Origin: Oligoflexia bacterium
Lineage (GTDB): Bacteria; Bdellovibrionota; UBA1018
Direction: 5' to 3'
Assembly: GCA_043732485.1 (NCBI GenBank)
Contig: JAYTHP010000116.1
Location: 1 to 32,782 of the forward strand
DNA length: 32,782 nt
Part shown: piece after piece, positions 1-9,418 of the stretch
Layout of the letters: every line of letters begins with the position of its first letter
How positions within the stretch are numbered: the first letter of the stretch is position 1
Made by a program: the position numbers and the translations under genes
The notes under the pieces: generated by a model
What the model was told of the DNA's origin: nothing
The model's input: only the letters and a program-made list of their open reading frames with translations
Databases searched by the model: none

Positions 1-111
1 CCGCATGGGGGGCTGTCAAGCCGCAAAGGGTTGTTGCTTGGGTTTTTGCGCCAAACGAGCTGATACGTGACTGACTCGCCCGCCTGCACTTTTACCCACT
101 CCAAGAGTGAG

Positions 112-141
112 ATTCTACCGCAGGCCCTCCACCTTTGACAA
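112..141 (-). promoter_or_regulatory. possible sigma70-type promoter for a gene beyond the left edge
   Basis: Minus strand reads TTGTCA-N18-TAGAAT, pointing out of the window. Confidence 0.3.
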
Positions 142-224
142 GGTTAACTTCAACGCAAGACGCGGCTGCGGGCTTTTCAGGAAGTCATCATAGAGATTGA
201 GGAGACGACTGCAATGACCACTCA

Positions 225-1040
225 TCAGGCCATTTTCAAAACCGCGGAATGCCGATAATAGGGAATAGCAACCCAGCGCCTCTGCCCCCACACCACCCCC
301 AAGTCAAAGGCCACCAGCACCTGACCCACCTGCGGGATCGCCTCAAGTGCAGAGAGATAAACCACTTTTTGAGTGCGGCTGCGGGGAGTCGCAGCCACTC
401 GCACTTTTTCCTGCTCCGCTTCCCCTCCCCCCCCTGCTGACACCAACACGGGTACTAAGCCAAAAAGCCAGGCAAAAAGATCAAGCCGCCCACCGACCGC
501 CCCCTGCCCCGGCGCTTGTTCAAGCGCGCTGCTGAAGGCCGCCTCGCCGCTTTCAATTTTCTTCCTAATCTTCCGGTAAAAAGCCTGACCCTGGTCCAGG
601 CACCACCCATAGAGCAACAGGCAAAGCCCCCAGGGGCAAAGCACTAACGCCGCTAATTGAAAGATCGTTTTCCAATCCCTGTCGCACTGCGTCATTTGAA
701 ACTCACTGACCGTTTCGCCAGTCCAGCAAGCCGCAGGCAAGGTCTCTAAATCGTGCAAGACCTGCCAGTTCATGCGCACCGCTTCTTGCCAGGGCGACAA
801 TGCGGTTGCAGGCGCTCGCGTAACAGCAGCAGGCAGCGCTCTGAGCGCAGCCTCAGAGCTAGCGTCACCGTCACCGATCAGTCCGGCCATCTCCGCGCTC
901 GATGCGGCTGCCCCAGTTTGTCCTTTAAAACCCAGGCGCCCTACTAGCAAAAAGCACAAACACCAGCAAAAAAGCACGGGGACAGCCAAACGGCCCAATA
1001 AGCGCAATCCTGGGAAATCATAAAAAGAATGGGCTCGCAC
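225..1040 (-). CDS. hypothetical membrane protein (start uncertain)
   Basis: 271-aa ORF co-oriented with miaB and the CA gene; hydrophobic segments LAVPVLFCWCLCFLLVG and IFQLAALVLCPWGLCLLLYGW; no family recognised. Confidence 0.6.
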   Translation of the reverse strand: MRAHSFYDFPGLRLLGRLAVPVLFCWCLCFLLVGRLGFKGQTGAAASSAEMAGLIGDGDASSEAALRALPAAVTRAPATALSPWQEAVRMNWQVLHDLETLPAACWTGETVSEFQMTQCDRDWKTIFQLAALVLCPWGLCLLLYGWCLDQGQAFYRKIRKKIESGEAAFSSALEQAPGQGAVGGRLDLFAWLFGLVPVLVSAGGGGEAEQEKVRVAATPRSRTQKVVYLSALEAIPQVGQVLVAFDLGVVWGQRRWVAIPYYRHSAVLKMA

Positions 1041-1104
1041 TTAATCCTATCGGCCCAAAGGTGCTAAAAATTGAATTTTTTCTTTGTTTTTTGAAAGTCT
1101 CAGT

Positions 1105-1140
1105 GCTCTTTGCGCTCTTTGCGCTCTTTGCGCTCTTTGC
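1105..1140. repeat. 9-bp tandem repeat (GCTCTTTGC)x4, intergenic
   Basis: Four perfect copies read directly at 1105, 1114, 1123 and 1132. Confidence 0.95.
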
Positions 1141-1277
1141 CGACCCTGGCCTTAGCTTGCCTGCCTGCCCCTTGCTTCCGACCCGACGAAAAGGCAAAAG
1201 CGCGGCGCGGCTCAAGAGTCCAGGACAACGACCCAGCGCCACCCGTCAATCAGCGTTTTCGACTGGCCCGCCCCTTT

Positions 1278-1928
1278 CTACTTGCGCGACTTGCCCATCT
1301 CTTCTTTTAAAAGCTCGTCTCTCAGCAGCTCGTCTTTTAAAAGCTCTTCTTTCAAGAGCTCCTCGGAGGACAAAATCTCCAGATCCAAGTCATGCGACCC
1401 CACGCGCCTCGGACCTGCCACATTGCCATGGTACTCGATGGCGTCGTTGACGTAATTTTCGGCGCTTTGCTTCAAAAACTGGCGCTCTTCTTGGGTCAAA
1501 GTGCGCACCACTTTCCCAGGGGAGCCTAACACCAAACTGCAAGGCGGGATTTTCATCCCCTGAGTGAGCAAGGTGCCAGCGCCAATGAGGCATTCGTCTG
1601 CAATTTCAACGTCATCCATGAGGATTGCGCCCATGCCTACCAAAATGAGATTCCCCAAACGACAGCCATGCAAGACGGCGTGGTGACCGATCGTCACTTG
1701 ATGACCCACCGTTAAGGGACTTTTCCCCCGTGTGACATGCAACATGGCGTGGTCTTGCACATTGGTGCGACTGCCGATCTGAATCCTGTGCACGTCTCCG
1801 CGCACCACGCTTTGGAACCACACGCTGGAATGATCCCCAATGTGCACGTCCCCAATGATATCAGCGGAAGGAGCCACAAAGGCCGTCTCGTGAATGTGCG
1901 GCCACTTAGAGCGATACGGCAGAATCAT
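1278..1928 (-). CDS. gamma carbonic anhydrase family protein (YrdA-like hexapeptide beta-helix)
   Basis: AFVAPSADIIGDVHIG, VRGDV, TNVQD, MLHVT and TIGHHAVLHGC motifs with three metal-ligand His. ATG at 1928 preferred (AAGGAAAGG upstream); overlaps the miaB 3' end. Confidence 0.92.
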   Translation of the reverse strand: MILPYRSKWPHIHETAFVAPSADIIGDVHIGDHSSVWFQSVVRGDVHRIQIGSRTNVQDHAMLHVTRGKSPLTVGHQVTIGHHAVLHGCRLGNLILVGMGAILMDDVEIADECLIGAGTLLTQGMKIPPCSLVLGSPGKVVRTLTQEERQFLKQSAENYVNDAIEYHGNVAGPRRVGSHDLDLEILSSEELLKEELLKDELLRDELLKEEMGKSRK

Positions 1929-3423
1929 CAACTTCAACCTTTCCTTCTAGCGACAGGCCAGAAGCTCCGACAATATTTAGCCACACCCACTGGCCTGCCC
2001 AATTTCTGGTCGCAGGCGCTAGGAAATTCACCACCCGAAAACAACTCGTCCGCCCCATCCAAACGCGCGGCACTCCACTGGAAGCTTCAGGCGGCAGGCC
2101 CGCAAGCTTTTGGTTCTTCGCTAATCCCTCCACCAACACTTCCAAGCGCTGCCCCACCCGCTCGGCAAACTGCTGCTCAGCCAATCCCGTCTGATGCGCC
2201 AACAAGGTCTGAAGGCGCTCTTTTTTAACTGCATCACTGACATCATCCACGCGCAAGGCCGCGCGCGTCCCCGGTCGTGGCGAGTAGCAAAAAGCATAGA
2301 TATGGTCATAGCGCACCCGGTCTAATAAGCGCAAGGTGGCCTGAAAATCCTCCTCCGTCTCCCCGGGAAACCCAACAATCAGATCCGTAGAGATCCCCAC
2401 CTGGGGAGAAATCTCCCGCAAATGATCCATCTGAGCGATATAGGTCTCCACCGTGTGATGTCGTCCCATCTTCTGCAACACCCGGTTTGATCCGCTTTGA
2501 ATCGGTAAATGCAAGGACGCAGCAAGCCGCTTCACGCCCCCCTGCAGGGGTGACGCATAACACTGCACCAACTCGTCACTAAAATCTAAAGGATGACTGG
2601 AAGTGAAGCGAATCCGCTTTAAATCCGCGCACCTTGGGTCGCAATCGAGCGAGTAGAGCAGTTGAGGAAAATTCTCCTCCCCCGCCCGCGGCCCCACCTT
2701 CCCGAGCGGGCTATTCAGCTCATAGGGCTCACGCCTGGCGACGTTAGCGTTGCCTTTGCCAAAAGAGTTGACGTTTTGTCCCAGTAAGGTGACTTCTCGC
2801 ACCCCCTGGGCCACCAGCCTTGCCACGTCGTCCACCACCTCCGCAATCGTTCGCGACTTCTCCCGACCCCGGGTAAACGGCACAATGCAATAAGTACAGT
2901 ACTTGTCGCACCCCTTCATGATATTGACAAACGCTGAGACTTTTTGCTGATCTAACTTGGTTTCCGTAGAATAGCTCAGCGACGGATCAAACTCAGCCAC
3001 CACCACCTTCCGCTCACCCTGCTGCACGCGGTAAAGAATCTCAGGCAGCTGATCAATAGCATCCGTGCCAAAGACAAAGTCAATCACCGGAGCTTGTAAG
3101 AATAGCTTTTCCCGGTCCAACTGCCCCACACAACCCCCCACCCCAATGTAGGTCCGCCGCTGGTGCGAGGGTGCTTGGGTCAGCTTGCGAAATTTCCCTA
3201 ACGAAGACAGCGCCTTATGCACCGCTTTCTCCCGCACCGTGCAGCCGTTGAGTAAAATAAAATCAGCCTCCTCCGGCTGCTCCACTGCCTGATAGCCCTG
3301 CTCGCTGAGCAGCACGGTCATCCGCTCGCTATCAGCCATGTTCATTTGACAACCAAAGGTCTTAATAAAAAAAGTTGTTTTCACCGTGGCGGGTAATAGC
3401 ACTGGTACACGCTTCTCTCTCAT
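1906..3423 (-). CDS. miaB: tRNA-2-methylthio-N6-dimethylallyladenosine synthase (radical SAM methylthiotransferase)
   Basis: N-terminal TFGCQMN / NGCTVRE / GGCVG; radical SAM CDKYCTYC; LLGQNVNS, RFTSSHP, HLPIQSGS, DLIVGFPGET and YSPRPGT motifs; C-terminal TRAM-like region. Confidence 0.96.
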   Translation of the reverse strand: MREKRVPVLLPATVKTTFFIKTFGCQMNMADSERMTVLLSEQGYQAVEQPEEADFILLNGCTVREKAVHKALSSLGKFRKLTQAPSHQRRTYIGVGGCVGQLDREKLFLQAPVIDFVFGTDAIDQLPEILYRVQQGERKVVVAEFDPSLSYSTETKLDQQKVSAFVNIMKGCDKYCTYCIVPFTRGREKSRTIAEVVDDVARLVAQGVREVTLLGQNVNSFGKGNANVARREPYELNSPLGKVGPRAGEENFPQLLYSLDCDPRCADLKRIRFTSSHPLDFSDELVQCYASPLQGGVKRLAASLHLPIQSGSNRVLQKMGRHHTVETYIAQMDHLREISPQVGISTDLIVGFPGETEEDFQATLRLLDRVRYDHIYAFCYSPRPGTRAALRVDDVSDAVKKERLQTLLAHQTGLAEQQFAERVGQRLEVLVEGLAKNQKLAGLPPEASSGVPRVWMGRTSCFRVVNFLAPATRNWAGQWVWLNIVGASGLSLEGKVEVDDSAVSL

Positions 3424-3829
3424 GGGTCGTCGGTGGTTTGATCCCCGTAAAATAAGTTAAAGTTGCAGACGCAAAACAAAAAAAACAAGCCCTTGACTGT
3501 GTCAAAAACACCCGGGACCGGTAAGCAGCCGTACCCCCCCGCACGAGCTCTCGCGTGTGGGATTGCCTACCAAAAAATGAGCAAAATCACCACCTTTTAA
3601 TACCTGACCATTTAACTTTACTATTTATTTCATTTCTGATACGCTTAAGAGAAAGAGACAAGAAAACAAGGAAGCGCGGGATTCAGAGTAAAAGCCCAAA
3701 TTCAACCCGACGCTTAGAAGGCGCGCAACCTGTAAGACTCAGGCCAGGAGCAAAAGAGCTCAGCATCAGGGGCTGTAATCTGGACCGGGACATTCAAACT
3801 AGCAAGGTCTACTTTTTAGGAGCGTTCTT

Positions 3830-5671
3830 ATGCGACTCATCCACGAAATTCCCCGATCCTTTGCCCCGCAAGAATTAGCGCCGAGCGTGACTGCACCCCT
3901 CCCCCCCCCCTCAGCCCAAGCTTTGGCGCTCTTCTATCCACCACGCACTCAACACCCGACGAAGACGGCGGCGACGACCACCACCATCACGGCTCGCCTC
4001 TCTCAGTGGTGGAGCGTCGTCAGACGAGCAACGGTGCTGACTGGGGTGATAGCGCTTGGCCTTCAAGGGGCATTTTTTGCCAGTCACAAAGAGGCTGCGG
4101 CTTTAGGTCCTTATGCTCCAGGCTATTATCCCCCTGCCAACTCCGGCTTTATCCCTCCCCCTCCTGCTCCCTACGGTTACGGCGGCGGAGGTGGTGGTTA
4201 CGGCGGTAGCCCCTACATGGGCGGAGGCATGCCTTATAATAGCGGCGGCGGTGGCGGGATGGGGATGGGGATGGGGATGCCGATGGGGATGATGGGCGGA
4301 CAAACGGTCGACTGCAGCCATTCGAAAAAAATTGGCAAGGATCATGATTGCAGCTGGGTGAACGGTGTCAATATGGGTGCGCAAGGCGCAAATATTGTCG
4401 GACAAATGGCAGGATCAGCAACCAACACTTCGCTAGGAAATCAGGCCATGATTAACGCTAGCAATAATGGCACGCAAAACAGCGCCCTTCAGGAGGCTGC
4501 AAACCTACAAATTAAAAGCGGGGACAACCAAATCGCTTTGGGCACCACCAACATGGCAATCGCTATCGCACAAGCTTATTACAAGACATGGACCAATCGC
4601 CACGCCACGGAAATCGGTGACGGGTCGCAAAAAAGCCAGTTTGCAGGCACCACTGCAGGCGATGTGGGAACTTCAAACTATAGTCAAGACGGAGCCCGCG
4701 GACAAGTGACGGGTAAGCACACTGTTGCAACAGCAATCCTCGAAAAATTTGAGTTAAATCATGAGAATACTGTTGAAGTCGTAGGAAATAAAAAAATAGC
4801 AGCAAAGAGGCTTCTAGAGCGCGATAAAAAAGACAAAGAGCATGAACAAAACGTTAGAAATAGCGCGCAGGAAATTGGGCAAAACGCAGTCGGCGAACAA
4901 AACGCCGCAGGAGCCGCACTGATGGCAGGTGCGTTTATGACTGCCGCCTCTGGGGTTGGTGAGATGATCAATGGCAATATGGCCAGAGCAGGCGGCAAGG
5001 CCACGCTCAATGGCTTAAAAGCCAGTCAGGCTGCCGCAAGCGCAGGCACGATCATCACACCTCCGACTGCTTCCAACTTGTCTAATAGCAGTTCGCAAGG
5101 ACCCTCGAGCCCGATGACCATCTCGAGCAGCGGCTTAATCAATCCCAACGGCGGCGCCCTCAATAACCCCAATGCCTCTGGCTCCTCTCTCCCCGCGTTG
5201 CCCCCCAATCTGAGCAGCAACATCGGGCCCAATACTATGCCCTCTTATGAACCAGGTCCCACCCCTAGCAGTATGGCGGTAGGTCCCGCCACGGGTAACG
5301 CGGATGGCGGAATGTATGGGGGGAGCGGCGCTGCGACTTCTCCCGATTATGGGCCACCGCAAGGCCCTAATCAACCCAGTTTAGTCTCCGATCAAGGAGC
5401 CAGTTACTCTTCTAGCGGGGGTGGTGTCATGGCAAGCGGGGGTGGTGGTAGTGGCGCAAAAGGCGCCGAAGCGGCACCCGATTTTGCAGGCATGCTCTCA
5501 AAATTTTTACCGCAAAATACTCCGGATCCCAGGCCAGGCATTTTGGCTTACGGCCAGCCAGGCCCCAACCAAAACGATGGTTCGATTTTAGGGCAACAGG
5601 GTCCGACGCTTTTTGAGCGGGTGTCGTCAAACTTAGAGAATCAAGAGAAAGCCGGTAAAGTCGGGCTCTAG
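3830..5671 (+). CDS. secreted Gly/Ser/Asn/Pro-rich hypothetical protein with C-terminal LFERVS motif
   Basis: AGGAG upstream of the ATG; 613-aa ORF; hydrophobic stretch TVLTGVIALGLQGAFFA followed by an EAAA-type cleavage site; low-complexity GY/GM region. Confidence 0.8.
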   Translation: MRLIHEIPRSFAPQELAPSVTAPLPPPSAQALALFYPPRTQHPTKTAATTTTITARLSQWWSVVRRATVLTGVIALGLQGAFFASHKEAAALGPYAPGYYPPANSGFIPPPPAPYGYGGGGGGYGGSPYMGGGMPYNSGGGGGMGMGMGMPMGMMGGQTVDCSHSKKIGKDHDCSWVNGVNMGAQGANIVGQMAGSATNTSLGNQAMINASNNGTQNSALQEAANLQIKSGDNQIALGTTNMAIAIAQAYYKTWTNRHATEIGDGSQKSQFAGTTAGDVGTSNYSQDGARGQVTGKHTVATAILEKFELNHENTVEVVGNKKIAAKRLLERDKKDKEHEQNVRNSAQEIGQNAVGEQNAAGAALMAGAFMTAASGVGEMINGNMARAGGKATLNGLKASQAAASAGTIITPPTASNLSNSSSQGPSSPMTISSSGLINPNGGALNNPNASGSSLPALPPNLSSNIGPNTMPSYEPGPTPSSMAVGPATGNADGGMYGGSGAATSPDYGPPQGPNQPSLVSDQGASYSSSGGGVMASGGGGSGAKGAEAAPDFAGMLSKFLPQNTPDPRPGILAYGQPGPNQNDGSILGQQGPTLFERVSSNLENQEKAGKVGL

Positions 5672-5826
5672 CCCCTCCTTCCTCAAGGAGGCGGCAAACG
5701 TAGCGCTTGTGAAACGGGATTTTACGGTTGATTTTGCTTAAAAAAGCCCTTTTCTGCTTATTTTTCCTGGCCCACCGGTCGATAAGGAAAGAACACCTGA
5801 GAAAAACCAAGGAGCCCCGCAAAGCC

Positions 5827-7614
5827 GTGACACCCTTTGATGTGAAATCTTTTATCCAACGCGCTTTCGCACACTCACTCGTGAGCGCCGTTGCCTGCAG
5901 ACCCCGACGGCCAGGCAATCTCCGCCTCCGCGGGCTGCTTGCGGCCTCGTTCGTTGCACTCAGTTTGGTGGCAGAACCTTGGCAAACTCCCGCCTCCTCC
6001 TCTTTCGGCTTCGGTTTGCCGTTTCTTGCGGGCCTGCAGGTCTCACAAGCCCTCGCAGAGAGTGGCAGCTCCGCCAACAATGGCCAGCCCAACCCGGCGC
6101 CTAACAATCTCAACTCTTTGTGCTCCAGCAGCGTGGTGAACGACCCCAACAGTCAGGGTCAGTTGCAAAGTTATTGCTCTGCAGCTCAATCATCGCTTGC
6201 CACCCAAAAAGCCGATGGCGCGATTTGGAAAGCCTGGACGGTGGTTGCAGGCGTCTGCGCAGCGTCGTGCGGCGGTCTGTTTGTAGGCGCTACGGCTTGT
6301 TTGGGCGTCGATATCTCAGCCTCGATCTTTCAAGGGGTGGAAGCGCATGACTTAGCCGGTGCCTTTCAAAATATCATGTTTGCTGGCATGGGTCTTGGCG
6401 CAGCCAGGGCCCAAGACCAGGCGGGGCGTGCGGCAAAAACTAAACGCAGTAAAATCGCACCCGCCTCGGCTGAAGGGGAATCCGAAGCCAAATCCACTGC
6501 CTCAAAATCGCGAGACGTAGGCTCTTGCTTGTCAGCGTTGCAAGCCATTTACAATGTTTACAGCAATTATCAGGATGAAAAAAATCAGGCTTCAAGCTAT
6601 CGATCCAATCTCGACCAGGCTAAACAACTCTATTCCTCCTCACTCACCCTCAACGGCTCTTCCAGCCAACTCGCCGCAACCGCGGGAGCCAGTCGAGGCG
6701 GCAATAACCTCCTCAACCCGCAGGGATCCCCTGCCGGACTCTCCGGCCTCAGCGCTGGGAACACTAACTCAGGATTTTCCAACTCATCGGCAGGCCTCGC
6801 TTGCGCGCAAGTGCCTACCGGTCAACCCGGTGATCCTGCCAACAGCAATGCCGGCCTACCTGCCACCGCGCAAGGAGCCGCAATTCTACAATGCGCCTCC
6901 GCCGCAAGCAACCTGTTACCCAATAACTTAACCTCGCAGCCCTTTGCCGATGCCTTTAACTCGATTGCCAACACCAGCTTAGGTAACTTTTTGGGTCAAC
7001 CCATGAGCAGCCCGAGCCAGGCGCTGACTGCTGCCATGGGAGGAGACGACTTAGCGCCCGATGCCCAAGCTGAACTGAGCCAGACCTTGGACTCCATCGG
7101 TCAACAAGCCACCCAAGACTCAGCAAACATCACCCCAGGCAGCGATTCATTGGGCGGAACCTATCAATCAGGCGGCGGTAGATCCCACTCCAAGCACGGC
7201 GCACAAGGCGACTTCCTGGATTTTGGATCGCTGATTGGTCATATGATGAAAAGCCTGAACCCGCAGCACCCAAGTGCCAGCGTCTCAGCCGGGATTGCTG
7301 CCATCCAAAGAGCTTATAATCAAAACACCACCCAAGAAGCCATAGCCGCAAACCCTACTTTTAGTCTTTTTGACCGGGTGAGTTATCGCTATCTCAGTAA
7401 AACCCTGGAAAACGCCCTCTCCCCAGCCCTGACAAACACGACCAATCCACCGCAGCCGCTGCCACCCCCCCCTTCCCCTCGCTTCGCTCCTTACAGAAAA
7501 AATCACTTCTTTAGAGGGCTCGCCGACGCCCCACGCCCGCCCGCCCACCGTTCTCATTTTCCTACAGCCAGCAGCCGCGCCCTCGCCTTGCAACCCCACA
7601 GAGCAATTCACTGA
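5827..7614 (+). CDS. secreted Ala/Ser/Gly-rich, Cys-containing hypothetical protein with LFDRVSYRY motif
   Basis: Long ORF (track start 5728; in-frame GTG 5827 follows AAGGAG, start uncertain); hydrophobic segments then QALA|ES cleavage-like site; C-terminal motifs shared with the upstream gene. Confidence 0.75.
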   Translation: MTPFDVKSFIQRAFAHSLVSAVACRPRRPGNLRLRGLLAASFVALSLVAEPWQTPASSSFGFGLPFLAGLQVSQALAESGSSANNGQPNPAPNNLNSLCSSSVVNDPNSQGQLQSYCSAAQSSLATQKADGAIWKAWTVVAGVCAASCGGLFVGATACLGVDISASIFQGVEAHDLAGAFQNIMFAGMGLGAARAQDQAGRAAKTKRSKIAPASAEGESEAKSTASKSRDVGSCLSALQAIYNVYSNYQDEKNQASSYRSNLDQAKQLYSSSLTLNGSSSQLAATAGASRGGNNLLNPQGSPAGLSGLSAGNTNSGFSNSSAGLACAQVPTGQPGDPANSNAGLPATAQGAAILQCASAASNLLPNNLTSQPFADAFNSIANTSLGNFLGQPMSSPSQALTAAMGGDDLAPDAQAELSQTLDSIGQQATQDSANITPGSDSLGGTYQSGGGRSHSKHGAQGDFLDFGSLIGHMMKSLNPQHPSASVSAGIAAIQRAYNQNTTQEAIAANPTFSLFDRVSYRYLSKTLENALSPALTNTTNPPQPLPPPPSPRFAPYRKNHFFRGLADAPRPPAHRSHFPTASSRALALQPHRAIH

Positions 7615-7977
7615 ACAAAAACTCGCTTAAGCCCCACTTGGGTCAAGTGTCGTGCTGTTACTGGCAAGGTCGTGGTGGTGACTGAGCTCTATTCCCCTCT
7701 TTTTCAAAGAAAAAGGGTGATGCTGGTGGTCGTTGAGAGCGTAAAAACTGCGGGCCCGCCAAACAAGACTCTCCCAGCGGGTGTTTGTGGGTGAAGGGAT
7801 GGGCCGCTTTTTTGTTAAGAGCCATCCACGGACCTGCAACCTCGGGCTTGCAGTTTCTGAAAAATTAAGTTAGCCTCAAAGGCTCTAGCCGCTAACAAAA
7901 GTTACTCGTATAGGCCTTGCAAGTAAGACGATGTCTATTCACAGTGATTGCTCGTATAAATTGTCTTTGAAAAAGAG

Positions 7978-8053
7978 GGGGATATAGCTCAGTTGGTAGA
8001 GCGCATCCATGGCATGGATGAGGTCCTCGGTTCGAACCCGTGTATCTCCACCA
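7978..8053 (+). tRNA. tRNA-Ala (anticodon GGC)
   Basis: 76 nt. Acceptor GGGGATA/TATCTCC with the G3:U70 Ala determinant; anticodon stem CATCC/GGATG with GGC at 8011-8013 and A32-U38; TTCGAAC T-loop; encoded CCA. Confidence 0.98.
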
Positions 8054-8375
8054 CTTTTCACTTAAAAGACACCCAAAGCAGACTCTCCTCCCCCCCCCAG
8101 ATCGACCCAACCCAGTAACACCTTCCCCTACCGACCCTCCCTCTGTTTTTTTCGCGACCTAAACCTCCCAACCTTACCGCGCGTGTCCGCAATTCAAGCG
8201 TGAGCGACAGTGCTCACCCCCCCCTTGCCAGGTAAAGGATTAAAAATAATTGCAGGATTATCTTTAAAGTGATAAAAATCAAGAAGACCTCGTTACTGAC
8301 TTCAACAGTGACTTCAGACCAGAACCTTGAAAGTCGCTGCGCATCAACCCTTTACCAACAAGGAAGAAACCTCCT

Positions 8376-8981
8376 ATGAACTGTTCATTCAAAAAAACCT
8401 TCACTAAAACCCTCAAAAGATCGCTTGCGTTCACCTGCTTACTCGTCGCCGGCTTGCAAATTCCATCGCTACCCCAAGCCCATGCGCTGTTGCGCGTGGG
8501 TGAAACGCAATTCTTGCCGCTCATTTTAGCAGGCGCCTCGATGAATGCTTTTGAAGCCCCCACCTTGATTGCCGCAACGATCAATGAATTAGGGCAAGGC
8601 CTGATCCTCAACTGGAACCAGCACCCTATCTCCTGGACCACCAGCGGGAGTCCCAACTGGGCCTCCGTGAAGGCCTTTTTCCTGGGGCTTTTGTATTTAG
8701 ACGAAACCACTGCGGAATCAGAATTCCAAGTCATCCCAAAAAGTGACCAAGCAGCTTACAGTTTAAGCGATAGCGAGCTTGCGATTTACAACGAAGCGGT
8801 TGAAGACCAAACGCTCGAAGCGTTCGTACAAACCGCCACCAAAGACTTGGCTGAGAACTCTGCAAAAACTCCTGCTGAGGCCCAAGTCGTTTTAAAGCCT
8901 TTGCTCAACGAGTTGCCCGCTGAGTTGCACTCGGCGTTAATTACGGTGGCCATTTACCAGTTAAACCACTTTGAGCAGTAA
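8376..8981 (+). CDS. secreted hypothetical protein
   Basis: Lys-rich n-region, hydrophobic h-region and PQAHA cleavage site; acidic helical C-terminal half. Confidence 0.8.
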   Translation: MNCSFKKTFTKTLKRSLAFTCLLVAGLQIPSLPQAHALLRVGETQFLPLILAGASMNAFEAPTLIAATINELGQGLILNWNQHPISWTTSGSPNWASVKAFFLGLLYLDETTAESEFQVIPKSDQAAYSLSDSELAIYNEAVEDQTLEAFVQTATKDLAENSAKTPAEAQVVLKPLLNELPAELHSALITVAIYQLNHFEQ

Positions 8982-9418
8982 CACCCCTACTGAATCAAGC
9001 GGGGTAGGTTCTAACGCGCGACTTAACGATCCCAGGCTGAGGCATTGACTCGCAGCCGCATCGGGGCTCATCCTACCCGCGCCACCTCCCGCACTAGGCC
9101 CTCTTTGGTCCGTCGAAAAGTTTTTTAACCTACCAAAAAGACGGTCTGGTGCGAGGGGGGCTTGGGTAAAGGTCTCAACAAGCTTAGGCTCGACCGCAAC
9201 CTCCGTGCTCGCTCCCGCAAATCGTCTGTCACCTGGCACGCAGGCTGATCAATCAGTCGTCAAATCCTTGACACTCCCAGCCGCATCCTCCGCACTGCAG
9301 CCGCAACAACCCTGACTTGTCAAAAAAATCATGACCCGATGTCAGGCCACCAGGAGAAAGCAGAATCCCCACCTTCAGAAAATCCAAACCCCCTGACGGC
9401 AAAAGGAGCACCAACCCC

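Noticed and set aside
5427..6149. 240-aa minus-strand ORF and other short overlapping ORFs in the track (e.g. 1061..1450, 1737..2228, 12171..12674, 27467..27931)
   Set aside because: Antisense or alternate-frame shadows of better-supported genes, with no recognisable motifs.
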